Shown here: piece after piece, positions 1 through 11,282 of the stretch
How the letters are laid out: each line of letters starts with the position of its first letter
How positions within the stretch are numbered: the first letter of the stretch is position 1
Origin: Tagaea sp.
Lineage (GTDB): Bacteria; Pseudomonadota; Alphaproteobacteria; CACIAM-22H2
Direction: 5' to 3'
DNA length: 64,000 nt
Assembly (NCBI GenBank): GCA_965279525.1
Contig: CBDIIB010000005.1
Coordinates: forward strand, 1,152,001 to 1,216,000
The notes under the pieces: generated by a model
The model's database searches: none
Seen by the model: the letters and a program-made list of their open reading frames with translations, nothing else
Told to the model about the DNA's origin: nothing
Translations under genes and position numbers: made by a program

Positions 1-101
1 GTCGGGCATGGGCGCGACATTGCCCGCCGCCGCGCAATCGGACAATCTGGAAGTTGCGAACCGAGCCTTCGGCCAGACCGAAGGCACGAGGGAGGACCCG
101 G

Positions 102-983
102 ATGCGCTTCGATCTTGCCGACCTGCGCCTGTTCGTCGCGGTTGCCGACGCGGGCTCGATCACGTTGGGGGCGAAGCGCGCGGGCCTCGCGCTCGCATCG
201 GCCAGTGCACGCATCGCGGCAATGGAAGCCGACGCGAAGGTGGCGCTGCTGACGCGCGGCCGGCGCGGGATCGCCCCCACCGACGCGGGCCTTGCCCTGC
301 TCCACCATGCGCGCGGCGTGCTCGACCGGATGGAAGCCTTGCGCGCCGCGGTCGGCGAGCATGCCGGCGGTCTCAACGCGCGCGTGCGGCTGGCCTGCAA
401 CACCGCGGCCTTGACCGAGTTCCTGCCCGAGGTGCTGGCACGCTTCCTTGCCACGCACCCGCGCATCGATGTCGCCATCGAGGAAGCTGCCAGCTACGCG
501 ATCCCGACGATGGTGGCGCAAGGCATCGTCGATCTCGGGATCGCGGCCGACTCGGTCGATCTCGGCAGCTTGCAGAGGCACCCCTTCCGCATCGACCGCC
601 TCGTCGCGGTCGTTCCGGCAGCCGACCGGCTCGCGCGCCGCAGGAAGCCAATGTTCGCCGACGTGGCGGCACGGCCCTTCGTGGCGCTCGCGACCGACGC
701 GGCGCTGAGCACCTATATCGGCCAGTACGTCGCGCGGGGCGGCCACACGCCGCGCTACCGCGCGCGCGTGCGCGATTTCGACGCCGTGTGCCGGCTGGCA
801 GGTGCGGGCGTTGGCGTGGGCATCGTGCCGGTCACCGCCGCGCGCCGCTGCCAGCGCGCCGCGCGCATCGCCATCGTGGAACTGGGCGACGCCTGGATGG
901 TCCGCCACCTGACCCTATGCGCGCGCGACTTCGCCGGCCTGCCGGCGGCGGCAAGGGCGCTGGCGGATGCGCTTACGCGTTGA
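102..983 (+). CDS. LysR-family transcriptional regulator
   Basis: N-terminal HTH MRFDLADLRLFVAVADAGSIT..A..LA..SASARI..ME plus LysR substrate domain; ATG at 102 after GGAGG. Confidence 0.93.
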   Translation: MRFDLADLRLFVAVADAGSITLGAKRAGLALASASARIAAMEADAKVALLTRGRRGIAPTDAGLALLHHARGVLDRMEALRAAVGEHAGGLNARVRLACNTAALTEFLPEVLARFLATHPRIDVAIEEAASYAIPTMVAQGIVDLGIAADSVDLGSLQRHPFRIDRLVAVVPAADRLARRRKPMFADVAARPFVALATDAALSTYIGQYVARGGHTPRYRARVRDFDAVCRLAGAGVGVGIVPVTAARRCQRAARIAIVELGDAWMVRHLTLCARDFAGLPAAARALADALTR

Positions 984-1973
984 CTAGGACGGTTGAGTGG
1001 TGTCTCGGCGCGGTATTTTTTCGAGACGGACATGATCCAGAATGTAGGCGACTTTCCATGGTTCCAGCCAAGCCTCTCGAACGATTGCCCGTACCGTAGC
1101 GGTGATGGCGACGACGACACCGAACACGCTGATCCGCGCTGTCGGCGTATGTGGAAGCAGATCGGCGAGATGCGAGGCCGTGAACAGCAGTCCAACGAAA
1201 GTCGCGATGATCGCAATCGAAGCCGCAGTCGAGACCGTGACATACGCTGTGATCGGGACATTCACGACCATTCGCATGTCGCCATAACGAGATGCCTGTG
1301 AGCTTGCGCATCGACTGGAGAATTCCAGCGTATTGAGTGCAATGCAGATCAGGCCAAATGCGAAGTGGCACAGCATCATTCCAGGCACAGGTGTCCCGGA
1401 GAATGGCGACATCAGGAAGAAAAGGCGGACTACGCCCTCGCTGCCATAGGCGAAATACCAGTCGGCAATAAGGAGGTATCCAACAGCAAGTGCAAGGTAG
1501 CCACAGATCCAAATAGCTGCCACGACACCGGTGCGCTCCGTCCTGCGCTCCGACTTTTCCAGCAATGATACCGGCGAGTTGCGCCACGTCGTTTCCGAAG
1601 TGGAGAAATGCAGGATTGAATTTTTTATCGCGTTGCCAAGTGCAAGGACGCCGCCGAGATAGATTGCCCAGCCGAGCGGGTCGGGCTGTCCCATCGGGTC
1701 GAGCAGGAGCGAGCTATTGTCCGGGCTCAAGAATCCGCCAACGAGTGCAGTCCAGAAAACGCTTACGCGCGCGACGTACTCAGCGGCGGAGCCGCGATGC
1801 ACAAGCGGATCACCCAGTATTCGGATTGCTCCGAATATCTCGCGATACCATGACAGCCAGGCCCACGGTCGATAGAGCCCCAGTGTCACAAGACTGAGCA
1901 GCGCGCCGCGGATGACCAGCCGGGTCAGGCCTTCCGGCGGTTCGAAGGTCGGGGCCGTCGATGTTTCGGTCAT
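984..1973 (-). CDS. divergent YjgN/DUF898-like inner membrane protein
   Basis: N-terminal LLSLVTLGLYRPWA matches the DUF898 signature; several hydrophobic segments; lower GC than neighbours. Confidence 0.65.
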   Translation of the reverse strand: MTETSTAPTFEPPEGLTRLVIRGALLSLVTLGLYRPWAWLSWYREIFGAIRILGDPLVHRGSAAEYVARVSVFWTALVGGFLSPDNSSLLLDPMGQPDPLGWAIYLGGVLALGNAIKNSILHFSTSETTWRNSPVSLLEKSERRTERTGVVAAIWICGYLALAVGYLLIADWYFAYGSEGVVRLFFLMSPFSGTPVPGMMLCHFAFGLICIALNTLEFSSRCASSQASRYGDMRMVVNVPITAYVTVSTAASIAIIATFVGLLFTASHLADLLPHTPTARISVFGVVVAITATVRAIVREAWLEPWKVAYILDHVRLEKIPRRDTTQPS

Positions 1974-2061
1974 GGTCGCTCGCCTGGCGGGAAACGAGAC
2001 ACGACCATAAGGTGCACAAATCAGGAAAACAATACATCCAATAGTAGTTGGTAATTACCTT

Positions 2062-2742
2062 TCACGCATCGCACTTCTTGAACCTTCCGATGTCGAGATG
2101 CAGGTGGTTGGCGTGGGCGGCGTCGGTCTTGGGCGTCAGCACGATGTTGAAGTGGCGGCACGCCCCTTGCGCCACGTCGCGCAGGAAAGCGCCGCGCGAG
2201 CCGCGGTCGGTCCAGTGCTGGCGCACGTTGACCATCGTCTTGCCCTCCAGCTCGAAGCCGCCGACATCGAGGGCGCGGCCGAACGCGTGTTCGGACAGGC
2301 GGCTGGCACGCCCGGTCTGCGGCTTGCACACGTAGCTGCCGTAATGGACGATCTGCACGACCGGCTTGCCGAAATGGCGCATCGCGGCGGGCTGCACGAT
2401 CTCGCGCTCGAACGCGAGGAGTGCGTGCGCCAGCGGGCAGGTCATCAAGGCGGGCCGGCTGAGCGGGATGGTGGCGCGCTCCAGCATCACCGCTTCGTCC
2501 ACGCGGCAGCCTTCGCGCGTCTGCACGGTGTTCCGGCGCTCGAACGCGGCACCGGTACGCTCGAGGGCGGCAAAGCAGTCCAGTGCGGGATCGGCCGCGG
2601 GCGGCGGTGGCGGTGGCGGCTCGACCGGCGGGGGCAGGCGCGGCGCGCACGCCGCCATCGACAGGGCAACGAGCCCGATCGCGGCGAGACGGTACGGCAG
2701 ATTCCGGAACAAACGGCTCAGGGGGCGACTCCAGCCCCGCAA
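2062..2742 (-). CDS. extensin-like C-terminal domain lipoprotein
   Basis: Lipobox-like AAC, Pro-rich linker, GSYVC..., SEHAFGRALDV and HANHLHLD motifs; start codon uncertain. Confidence 0.85.
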   Translation of the reverse strand: MRGWSRPLSRLFRNLPYRLAAIGLVALSMAACAPRLPPPVEPPPPPPPAADPALDCFAALERTGAAFERRNTVQTREGCRVDEAVMLERATIPLSRPALMTCPLAHALLAFEREIVQPAAMRHFGKPVVQIVHYGSYVCKPQTGRASRLSEHAFGRALDVGGFELEGKTMVNVRQHWTDRGSRGAFLRDVAQGACRHFNIVLTPKTDAAHANHLHLDIGRFKKCDA

Positions 2743-3678
2743 CTATACGCGCGAAGTGCCTTTGCGTGAATCGCGCCCCGACTCGCGCGTGGCCTTGGCG
2801 AGGGCCGCGCCCAGCAGCTCGAACTCCGCCCGGCGCGACGTGCCCTTGCGCCAGACAAGGCCGAGGTCGCGCGCCGGATCGTCCTCGACCGCGACCGACA
2901 CGAGATCGGTACCCTTCAAAAGTCCCGCATCGATCGCCATCTGCGGCAGCAGCGTGACGCCGAGACCGTTGTCGACCATCTGCACGAGCGTGAAGAGCGA
3001 CGTGGCGGCGAACGGGTCGGGATCGCGGCTGGCGCGCAGGCCGCACGCGGCGAGCGCATGCTTCTTCATGCAGTGGCCGTCGGCGAGCAGCAGCAGCTTC
3101 TGTGCGCGGATCTCGCGCGTCGGGACGGTGCGCTTGCCGGCAAGTGCATGGTCGCGCCGCACGATCAGGCGGAACGGGTCGCGGCCCAGCGGATAGCTGT
3201 CGTTGGGGCCGCATTCGCACGGCAAGGCGAGCAGGGCCGCATCCAGCGTTCCATTCCCCAGCTTCTCGACCAGCCGCTCGGTCAGGTCCTCGACCAGATA
3301 GAGCTTCAGCTTCGGGTAGGCCTTGCGCAGCGCGGGCAACGCCTGCGGCATCCAGAACGGGCTGACGCTGGGGATGACGCCCAGACGCAGCTCGCCGGCC
3401 AGCGGCTCGCCGGCCCCCCGCGCTTCCAGCGCCAGCTCCTCGGCATCGGCCAGCACGCGGCGCGCGCGCACGAGGATGCGCTCGCCCAGCGGCGTGAGGT
3501 CCACGCGCCGGCGCGTCCGGTCGACGAGGGCGGCACCCAGCGTCGCCTCCAGCTCCTGCAGGCTTGCCGACAGCGTGGATTGCGTGACGTTCGCCTGGCG
3601 TGCGGCACGCCCGAAATTGAGCGTGTCGGCAAGGCAGGCGAAATGGCGGAGCTGGCGCAGCGTGGGCAGGTGGATCAT
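2743..3678 (-). CDS. oxyR: hydrogen peroxide-inducible genes activator OxyR
   Basis: LysR with LLADGHCMKKHALAAC (two redox Cys), ATSLFTLVQMV..GLG.TLLP; divergent from ahpC; ATG at 3678 (MIHLPTLRQL). Confidence 0.92.
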   Translation of the reverse strand: MIHLPTLRQLRHFACLADTLNFGRAARQANVTQSTLSASLQELEATLGAALVDRTRRRVDLTPLGERILVRARRVLADAEELALEARGAGEPLAGELRLGVIPSVSPFWMPQALPALRKAYPKLKLYLVEDLTERLVEKLGNGTLDAALLALPCECGPNDSYPLGRDPFRLIVRRDHALAGKRTVPTREIRAQKLLLLADGHCMKKHALAACGLRASRDPDPFAATSLFTLVQMVDNGLGVTLLPQMAIDAGLLKGTDLVSVAVEDDPARDLGLVWRKGTSRRAEFELLGAALAKATRESGRDSRKGTSRV

Positions 3679-3722
3679 CGTTTTCCTCGATAATTGAGGA
3701 CAGTTTAATGCGTTGGACCGAT
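3677..3722. promoter_or_regulatory. putative OxyR/LTTR operator in oxyR-ahpC intergenic region
   Basis: ATC-N9-GAT at 3677-3691 overlapping the oxyR start, and ATG-N9-GAT at 3708-3722 (T-N11-A type boxes). Confidence 0.55.
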
Positions 3723-3800
3723 CAGACGCAAGCTGCGAGTTTCCGCCTCGCCGGGCACCCAGAATCAACAGGCCGCCCGAAACCCTACGGAGATCATCCC

Positions 3801-4340
3801 ATGCTGACCATCGGCGACAAGTTCCCCGAATTCGACCTCAAGGCCGTCGTCTCGACGGACCCGAAGACCGCCTTCACCCAGGTCAATTCCCAGTCCGACA
3901 AGGGCAAGTGGAAGATCGTGTTCTTCTGGCCCAAGGACTTCACGTTCGTCTGCCCGACCGAGATCGCCGCCTTCGGCAAGCTCAACAAGGACTTCAACGA
4001 GCGCGACGCGGTCGTCTACGGCGTGTCGATCGACAGCGAGTTCGTCCATCTCGCCTGGCGCCAGAACCATGCCGACCTCAAGACCCTGCCCTTCGCGATG
4101 CTGGCCGACGTCAAGCGCGAGCTGTCGACGGCGCTGGGCGTGCTCGACAAGAACGAGGGTGTCGCGATGCGCGCCACGTTCGTCGTCGATCCGGAAGGCA
4201 TCATCCGCTTCGTGTCGGTCAACGACCTCAACGTGGGCCGCAACCCGGCCGAGGTGATGCGCGTGCTCGACGCGCTGCAGACCGACGAGCTGTGCCCGTG
4301 CAACTGGCAGAAGGGCGAAGACGTCCTGAAGGCCGCCTGA
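3801..4340 (+). CDS. ahpC: alkyl hydroperoxide reductase C (2-Cys peroxiredoxin)
   Basis: [14 protein letters not shown] and ELCPCNW motifs; ATG at 3801 with GGAG. Confidence 0.97.
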   Translation: MLTIGDKFPEFDLKAVVSTDPKTAFTQVNSQSDKGKWKIVFFWPKDFTFVCPTEIAAFGKLNKDFNERDAVVYGVSIDSEFVHLAWRQNHADLKTLPFAMLADVKRELSTALGVLDKNEGVAMRATFVVDPEGIIRFVSVNDLNVGRNPAEVMRVLDALQTDELCPCNWQKGEDVLKAA

Positions 4341-4363
4341 ACTATCCGCACCGGAGAACGACA

Positions 4364-4912
4364 ATGACGATCGAGAACCTGAAGTCGGCCCTGCCCGACT
4401 ATGCCAAGGACCTGAAGCTCAACCTCTCGTCGCTCGCGGCCGAGACGGCCGTGTCGCCGGAGCTTCGCGCCCTGTTGTTCGTCACCGCGGGGCTGGCCGT
4501 GCGCCAGCCCCAGGTGCGCGATGCGCTGCTCGCCGAGTTCGGCCCGTCGCTGACGGCCGAACAGCTCGGCGCGGCGAAGATCGCGGTGTCGCTGATGGGC
4601 ATGAACAACATCTACTACCGCTTCACGCATCTGGTGTCGGCGCCGGACTATGCGACGATGCCGGCCAAGCTGCGCATGACCGCGATGGCCAAGCCCGGCA
4701 TCGCGCATGCGGAGTTCGAGCTGCTCAGCCTTGCCGTGTCGGCCATCAACGGCTGCGGCATGTGCATGGACAGCCACGAGAAGGCCGTGCGCCTGGGCGG
4801 CATCGAACCCGCCGCGATCCAGGCCGCCGTGCGCATCGCCGCCGTCGTGCATGCGGTCGCGGTGACGCTGGATGCGGAAGAAGGAGTGCCGGCGCTGGCA
4901 GTCGCTGCTTGA
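4364..4912 (+). CDS. ahpD: alkyl hydroperoxide reductase AhpD
   Basis: [38 protein letters not shown] (CxxC); follows ahpC. Confidence 0.95.
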   Translation: MTIENLKSALPDYAKDLKLNLSSLAAETAVSPELRALLFVTAGLAVRQPQVRDALLAEFGPSLTAEQLGAAKIAVSLMGMNNIYYRFTHLVSAPDYATMPAKLRMTAMAKPGIAHAEFELLSLAVSAINGCGMCMDSHEKAVRLGGIEPAAIQAAVRIAAVVHAVAVTLDAEEGVPALAVAA

Positions 4913-4948
4913 AGAACGGGCGGCGGCCGTCAGGCCGCCGCCTTCTTC
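4911..4948. terminator. hairpin terminator between convergent ahpD and HD-GYP gene
   Basis: GGCGGCGGCC-GTCA-GGCCGCCGCC stem (4919-4942) flanked by GAAGAA / TTCTTC. Confidence 0.65.
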
Positions 4949-6527
4949 AAGGCGTGTCCGGATAGATCTCGCGGATCGCGGCGAAGCGGTCGAGATTGTC
5001 GACGAACAGCCGTACCAGCCGCGGATCGAAATGCCGGCCCGCTTCCTTGGCGATATGCTCGGCCGCCTGTGCGGCCGGCCACGCCGCCTTGTAGCAGCGC
5101 GCCGACGAGAGCGCGTCGAACACGTCGATGAGCGCCACGATGCGCCCGAAAATGTGGATGTCCTCGCCGGCAAGGCCGGCCGGGTAGCCGCTGCCGTCCC
5201 ATTTCTCGTGGTGCTGGAGGGCGATCGTGGCGCCCGCGCGGAAGAACGGCCCGTCGGATTTGGACAGCATGTCCGCCCCGGCGGCGGCGTGGGTCTTCAT
5301 CGTCTCCCACTCGGCGGGGTCGAGCTTGCCGGGCTTGGTGAGGATCGCGTCCGGAATCGTGATCTTGCCGATGTCGTGCAGCGGTGCCGCCACTTCGAGG
5401 GTCGCCTGGTCGGCCGGCGAAAGGCCCGCCAGTTCCGCCAGCAGCCGGGAGCCGTGCGCCACGCGGCGCACGTGGTTGCCGGTCTCGCGCGAGCGCGCCT
5501 CGATCGCCTCGGAAAGGACCAGGACGAGCTGGCGCTGGGTTTCGGCGATCGATTCGTTGAGCCGGATGTTGGAAAAGGCGAGGCCCATCTGGCGCGCGAA
5601 CACCTCGACCAGCCGCCTGTCGACGGCGTCGACCGGCCCGTCGACTTCCAGATGCAATATCGTGTTCTCGGTCCCGCACATGGCGCCGACGGCAAGCCAG
5701 CCGTCGCCGACGATCGCCCCGGCCGCCCCGTCGGCCAGCCGCAGCCCGTCGACGATGCGCGCGGGCAGCGTTTCGCGCGCGGACTTGCCGACCGAATGGC
5801 GGTAGTCGCCGATGCCGGCGAGCACCTCGTAATCGGCCGAGCGCCGGACCAGCGCCATCGCGCGGCCCTTCACGTAGACGGCGCTGTTCTCCGAGCGGAT
5901 CATCGCCATCAGCTGCTCGAGCGCGCCGGACGCGAAGGAACCGAGCGAGCGCGCGTCGAACAGGTCGGGCGTGGCCATCAGGATATGTTCGAGGCCGCGC
6001 CGGCCGCGCTCGAGCGCCACGATGTCGCGATAGGCGCGCAAGGACGCCAGCACGGTCGTGAACAGGCGCTGGGCGGACAGCTCGGTCTTGGACTTGTAGT
6101 CGTTGATGTCGTAGCCGGCGATCACCGCGCGCTCGGGCGCACTGCCGGGCTGGCCGGTGCGCAGGCAGATCCGCACGACCGAGTTCTTCATCTCCTCGCG
6201 CACGAAGCGCACGAGATCGAGCCCGGCATGCTCGGTTTCCATGACGACGTCGAGCAGGATCAGCGCGATCCGGTGCCGCCGCTCCGAGCGCAGGAATTCG
6301 CGGGCCTCGGCGGCGGAATGGACGGACAGCAGCTCGATCGGCATGCCGTCGAACTCGAAGCCGCGCAGCGCCAGCTCGGTGACGGCATGCACTTCGGGAT
6401 CGTCGTCGACGACGAGCACGCGCCACGTCCGGCCCGACGCATTGCGCGACGGCCCGGGATCGAGCGCTTCCGGTGCGAACAGCTCGTCCAACCTGCAATC
6501 TCCTTCCGGGCTGGCGGTGCTCGCCAA
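4947..6527 (-). CDS. response regulator with REC-DUF3369-HD-GYP (c-di-GMP phosphodiesterase)
   Basis: VLVVDDD, LLDVVME, TGQPG receiver; HDIGK, HHEKWDGSGYP, DVFDAL; start uncertain. Confidence 0.93.
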   Translation of the reverse strand: MASTASPEGDCRLDELFAPEALDPGPSRNASGRTWRVLVVDDDPEVHAVTELALRGFEFDGMPIELLSVHSAAEAREFLRSERRHRIALILLDVVMETEHAGLDLVRFVREEMKNSVVRICLRTGQPGSAPERAVIAGYDINDYKSKTELSAQRLFTTVLASLRAYRDIVALERGRRGLEHILMATPDLFDARSLGSFASGALEQLMAMIRSENSAVYVKGRAMALVRRSADYEVLAGIGDYRHSVGKSARETLPARIVDGLRLADGAAGAIVGDGWLAVGAMCGTENTILHLEVDGPVDAVDRRLVEVFARQMGLAFSNIRLNESIAETQRQLVLVLSEAIEARSRETGNHVRRVAHGSRLLAELAGLSPADQATLEVAAPLHDIGKITIPDAILTKPGKLDPAEWETMKTHAAAGADMLSKSDGPFFRAGATIALQHHEKWDGSGYPAGLAGEDIHIFGRIVALIDVFDALSSARCYKAAWPAAQAAEHIAKEAGRHFDPRLVRLFVDNLDRFAAIREIYPDTP

Positions 6528-6601
6528 AATGGCGGGGGGTGCGCCGCGGTTCCGGACCGGTGTTGAACTACGAAAGTAGGTCGTCGCGGATGAAGATCGT
6601 G

Positions 6602-8212
6602 TTAACGGCCGGCCGGTCCGGCGGCCGCCGTCTCGCCCGCCGGCACCGGCGCCGATCGCGGCAGAAGGATTTCGATTTCAAGGCCTTGGCCGGGCGCGCT
6701 GCGCATCGACATTGTCCCGCCCAGACGGTGGGTGACGAGATTATGGACGATCGTCAGGCCAAGACCGGTGCCGCCGGTCCCGCGCCGGGTCGTGAAGAAC
6801 GGTTCGAGGACCCGCCCGAGCGTGCGCGCGTCGATGCCGCAGCCGTCGTCGCGATAGACGATGCGCGCGTCCGCGCCGCGCCAGTCCACCTCGAACGCGA
6901 TTGCGCCCGGCGTGTCGCGCCCGTCGAAGGCATGCATCAGCGCGTTGGTGACGAGGTTGGTCGCGATCTGCGCCAGCGCACCGGGATAGGAGTCGATGGC
7001 GACGTCGCCCAGCCCTTGCACCTCGACGCGGTGCGCGGTGCGCTTGATCGCCGGCTGGAGACTTCCCACGACGTCGGCCAGATAGTCCTTCACCGCGAAC
7101 CGGCGGCGCTGGTCGCCGGTCTGGTCGGCCGACACCTGCTTGAAGGTCTGGATGAGCTCGGCCGCACGGCGCAGGTTGCGCCCGACGAGGTCGAGGGTCT
7201 GGACGCCGCGCGCGAGGAATTCGTCGAAACGCGACCGGGCGAGCTGGTTGGCCTCGAAGACGCGGCGCATCTCGGCGAACTGCTCCTGGTGGAGCGACAC
7301 GCCCGTCATCGCCACGCCCAGCGGGGTGTTGACCTCGTGCGCCACGCCGGCGACGAGCGAGCCGAGCGAGGCCATCCGTTCGCCGCGCGCAAGCGCCTCG
7401 CGCGTCTCGGCAAGCTCGCGCCTGGCGATCAGGCTTTCCTTGAAGACGTCGAGCGTGCGCGCGATATGGCCGATCTCGTCGTTGCGGTCGGTGCCCTCGG
7501 GCACGACATCCGTGTCGCCGGCGGCCAGCCGCCCGATCGTCGCGTCGAGCCGTTCGAGCGGTGTCGCGATGTGGCGCTTCGCCAGCAGCAGGGCCGCGAA
7601 GAGCCCGACGCACAGCAGGCCGAACGAACCGCCGACGATGAGCGGCAGCCGCGTGCGGTAAAATTCGGAAAGCGCCATTTCGAGGCGCGCGATCTCGGCA
7701 AGGTCGATCGCCGCGACCTGCTGGATGAAGCTGTTGAGCCGGCGCCGGTTCACGCGGTTGGCCTCGTTGTCGCCCAGCTCGCGGCCTGCGGCGGCACCCA
7801 CCTCGGTGCCGAGGCGCGCCAGCTCGGTGCGGAATTCGTGGAACCGCCGCGTTTCCGCGCGGACCTCGGCGAAGGTCTCGCGCTGTTCGGGCGTGATCGA
7901 CAGCGACCAGCGCTCGATCTCCGCGTCCAGCAGCCCGAGCGTGTGGACGATGGCGGCGGAATAGGCTTTCGACTCGTCCGGCGTCAGCGACATGTAGACG
8001 CCGCGCGATTCCATCACCACGGCGTTGATCAGGCCGTTCACCCGCTCGGCAGCGGTGGCGCGGCGCGAGGCGCTGACCAGCGCCTGGTTGAAGCCGTTGT
8101 AGGTGCGCATCGTGTCGACCGTGACGAACGCGATCGCGACGACGACCAGCGCCATGAAGCCGGCGAGCGCCAGGATCTTCGTGGCGATCCTGAAATTCCT
8201 GAAGTCGACCAT
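6602..8212 (-). CDS. HAMP-domain sensor histidine kinase
   Basis: 2 TM, HAMP (RNDEIGHIA), H-box AGVAHEVNTPLG, N-box NALMHAF, DDGCG, GTGLGL. Confidence 0.93.
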   Translation of the reverse strand: MVDFRNFRIATKILALAGFMALVVVAIAFVTVDTMRTYNGFNQALVSASRRATAAERVNGLINAVVMESRGVYMSLTPDESKAYSAAIVHTLGLLDAEIERWSLSITPEQRETFAEVRAETRRFHEFRTELARLGTEVGAAAGRELGDNEANRVNRRRLNSFIQQVAAIDLAEIARLEMALSEFYRTRLPLIVGGSFGLLCVGLFAALLLAKRHIATPLERLDATIGRLAAGDTDVVPEGTDRNDEIGHIARTLDVFKESLIARRELAETREALARGERMASLGSLVAGVAHEVNTPLGVAMTGVSLHQEQFAEMRRVFEANQLARSRFDEFLARGVQTLDLVGRNLRRAAELIQTFKQVSADQTGDQRRRFAVKDYLADVVGSLQPAIKRTAHRVEVQGLGDVAIDSYPGALAQIATNLVTNALMHAFDGRDTPGAIAFEVDWRGADARIVYRDDGCGIDARTLGRVLEPFFTTRRGTGGTGLGLTIVHNLVTHRLGGTMSMRSAPGQGLEIEILLPRSAPVPAGETAAAGPAGR

Positions 8213-8276
8213 CCTGGTCCCCCTCGCCCGCCGGTCGCGGCTTGCCGCCCACCGTCGCGCCGTTCGTCTCGGGGCG

Positions 8277-10097
<1,821 letters not shown>

Positions 10098-10285
10098 TTC
10101 CGGGGTCCTGCGCGATGTGGAAGAAACCGGATTCTCGCTCAATTCGTTAAAGAAAGCGTTAGCCGTGATGCTTGCTGACGCGCCGGGGTACCGCGATCTG
10201 CACGTTCGATGCGATGCCGCACGCCGGCAACCGCCTGCCGGCGCCCGATCCGGGATCCTGCGCGGTTTGTTGTCACGTCACATCT

Positions 10286-10315
10286 GAAATTGTAGAAACG
10301 ATCCTCTGCAATTTC
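10286..10315. promoter_or_regulatory. inverted repeat upstream of comM (possible operator)
   Basis: GAAATTGTAGA-N8-TCTGCAATTTC, 10/11 complementary, 16 bp before the comM ATG. Confidence 0.3.
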
Positions 10316-10331
10316 TGGACGGCAAATTTGT

Positions 10332-11182
10332 ATGGTCGCGCGCGTCGGCACGGTTGCGTTCCACGGGGTCGAGACGGTTGCCGTCGACGTGCAGGTGCAG
10401 GTCGCGTCGGGGGCCCCTGCCTTCGCCGTGGTGGGGCTGCCGGACAGTGCGGTCAAGGAAAGCAAGGAGCGCGTGCGTGCCGCCCTTGCGGCGATCGGGC
10501 TCGCGTTGCCGGGCAAGCGCATCACCGTCAACCTCGCCCCCGCCGACCTTGCCAAGGAGGGTGCGCACTTTGATCTTCCCATCGCCCTTGGCCTGCTCGT
10601 CGCGATGGGCGCGGTCGCGGCCGAGCAGGTCGCTCGCTACGTCGTGCTCGGCGAACTGACGCTTGACGCGCGCATCCTGCCCGTACCCGGCGTGCTGCTC
10701 GCGGCGATGGCGGCACACGGCCGCGATCTGGGGCTCGTGTGCCCGGAAGCCTGCGGCGGCGAAGCCGCGTGGGCGGCCGACGCGCGCGACTTCGAGATCG
10801 TCGCCCCGCCCACGCTGCTGTCGCTGCTCAACCATCTGCGTGGTGCCCAACTTCTGGCCCGCCCGCAGCCGCGCCATGGGGTCGCGCGCGTGCCCGGCCC
10901 CGATCTTCGCGACGTCAAGGGACAGGAGACCGCCAAGCGGGCCCTCGAAGTGGCGGCCGCCGGCGGCCACAACCTCTTGATGGTCGGCCCGCCGGGGGCC
11001 GGCAAGTCGATGCTGGCGCGCTGCCTGCCGGGCCTGCTGCCGCCGCTGACGGCGGCCGAAGCGCTGGAGATCTCGACCGTGCAGTCGCTTGCGGGCCTGC
11101 TCGGCGACGGGCGCATCGCGAGCAGCCGCCCGTTCCGCGACCCGCACCACACCGCCAGCCACGTGGCGCTGATCGGCGGCGG
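10332..11182 (+). pseudogene. comM: ComM/YifB Mg-chelatase-like ATPase, 5' part (interrupted by transposon)
   Basis: VGLPD.AVKESKERVRAA, ITVNLAPADL.KEG.HFDLPIA, GPPGAGKS, RPFRDPHHTAS..ALIGGG, then abrupt change to low-GC sequence. Confidence 0.96.
11178..11182 (+). repeat. 5-bp target site duplication GGCGG (left copy)
   Basis: Same GGCGG at 54473-54477; removing the element plus one copy restores ATC GGC GGC GGC CCG CGC GCC AAA CCC GGC GAG (IGGGPRAKPGE). Confidence 0.95.
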
Positions 11183-11251
11183 TGGAAACGGACAAAGATA
11201 TTGCCCGAAATCCTATATTGATGCCCGAAATAATTAATAACATATCGAAAT
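11183..11251 (+). repeat. left (tnsA-distal) transposon end with three putative TnsB sites
   Basis: TGGAAACGGACAAAGATATTGCCCGAAAT; CGAAAT core repeated at 11206, 11226 and 11246 (exact 20-bp period). Confidence 0.85.
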
Positions 11252-11282
11252 ATAATGGCTAAATAATCGATCTATTAGACAT

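Noticed and set aside
1-9. Start of a minus-strand gene divergent from the first LysR
   Set aside because: Only three codons lie in the window; product cannot be supported
10145-10163. CtrA box upstream of the Cache kinase (and near 55153-55170 before the che operon)
   Set aside because: Half-site spacing does not fit TTAA-N7-TTAA (N8 and N4 respectively)
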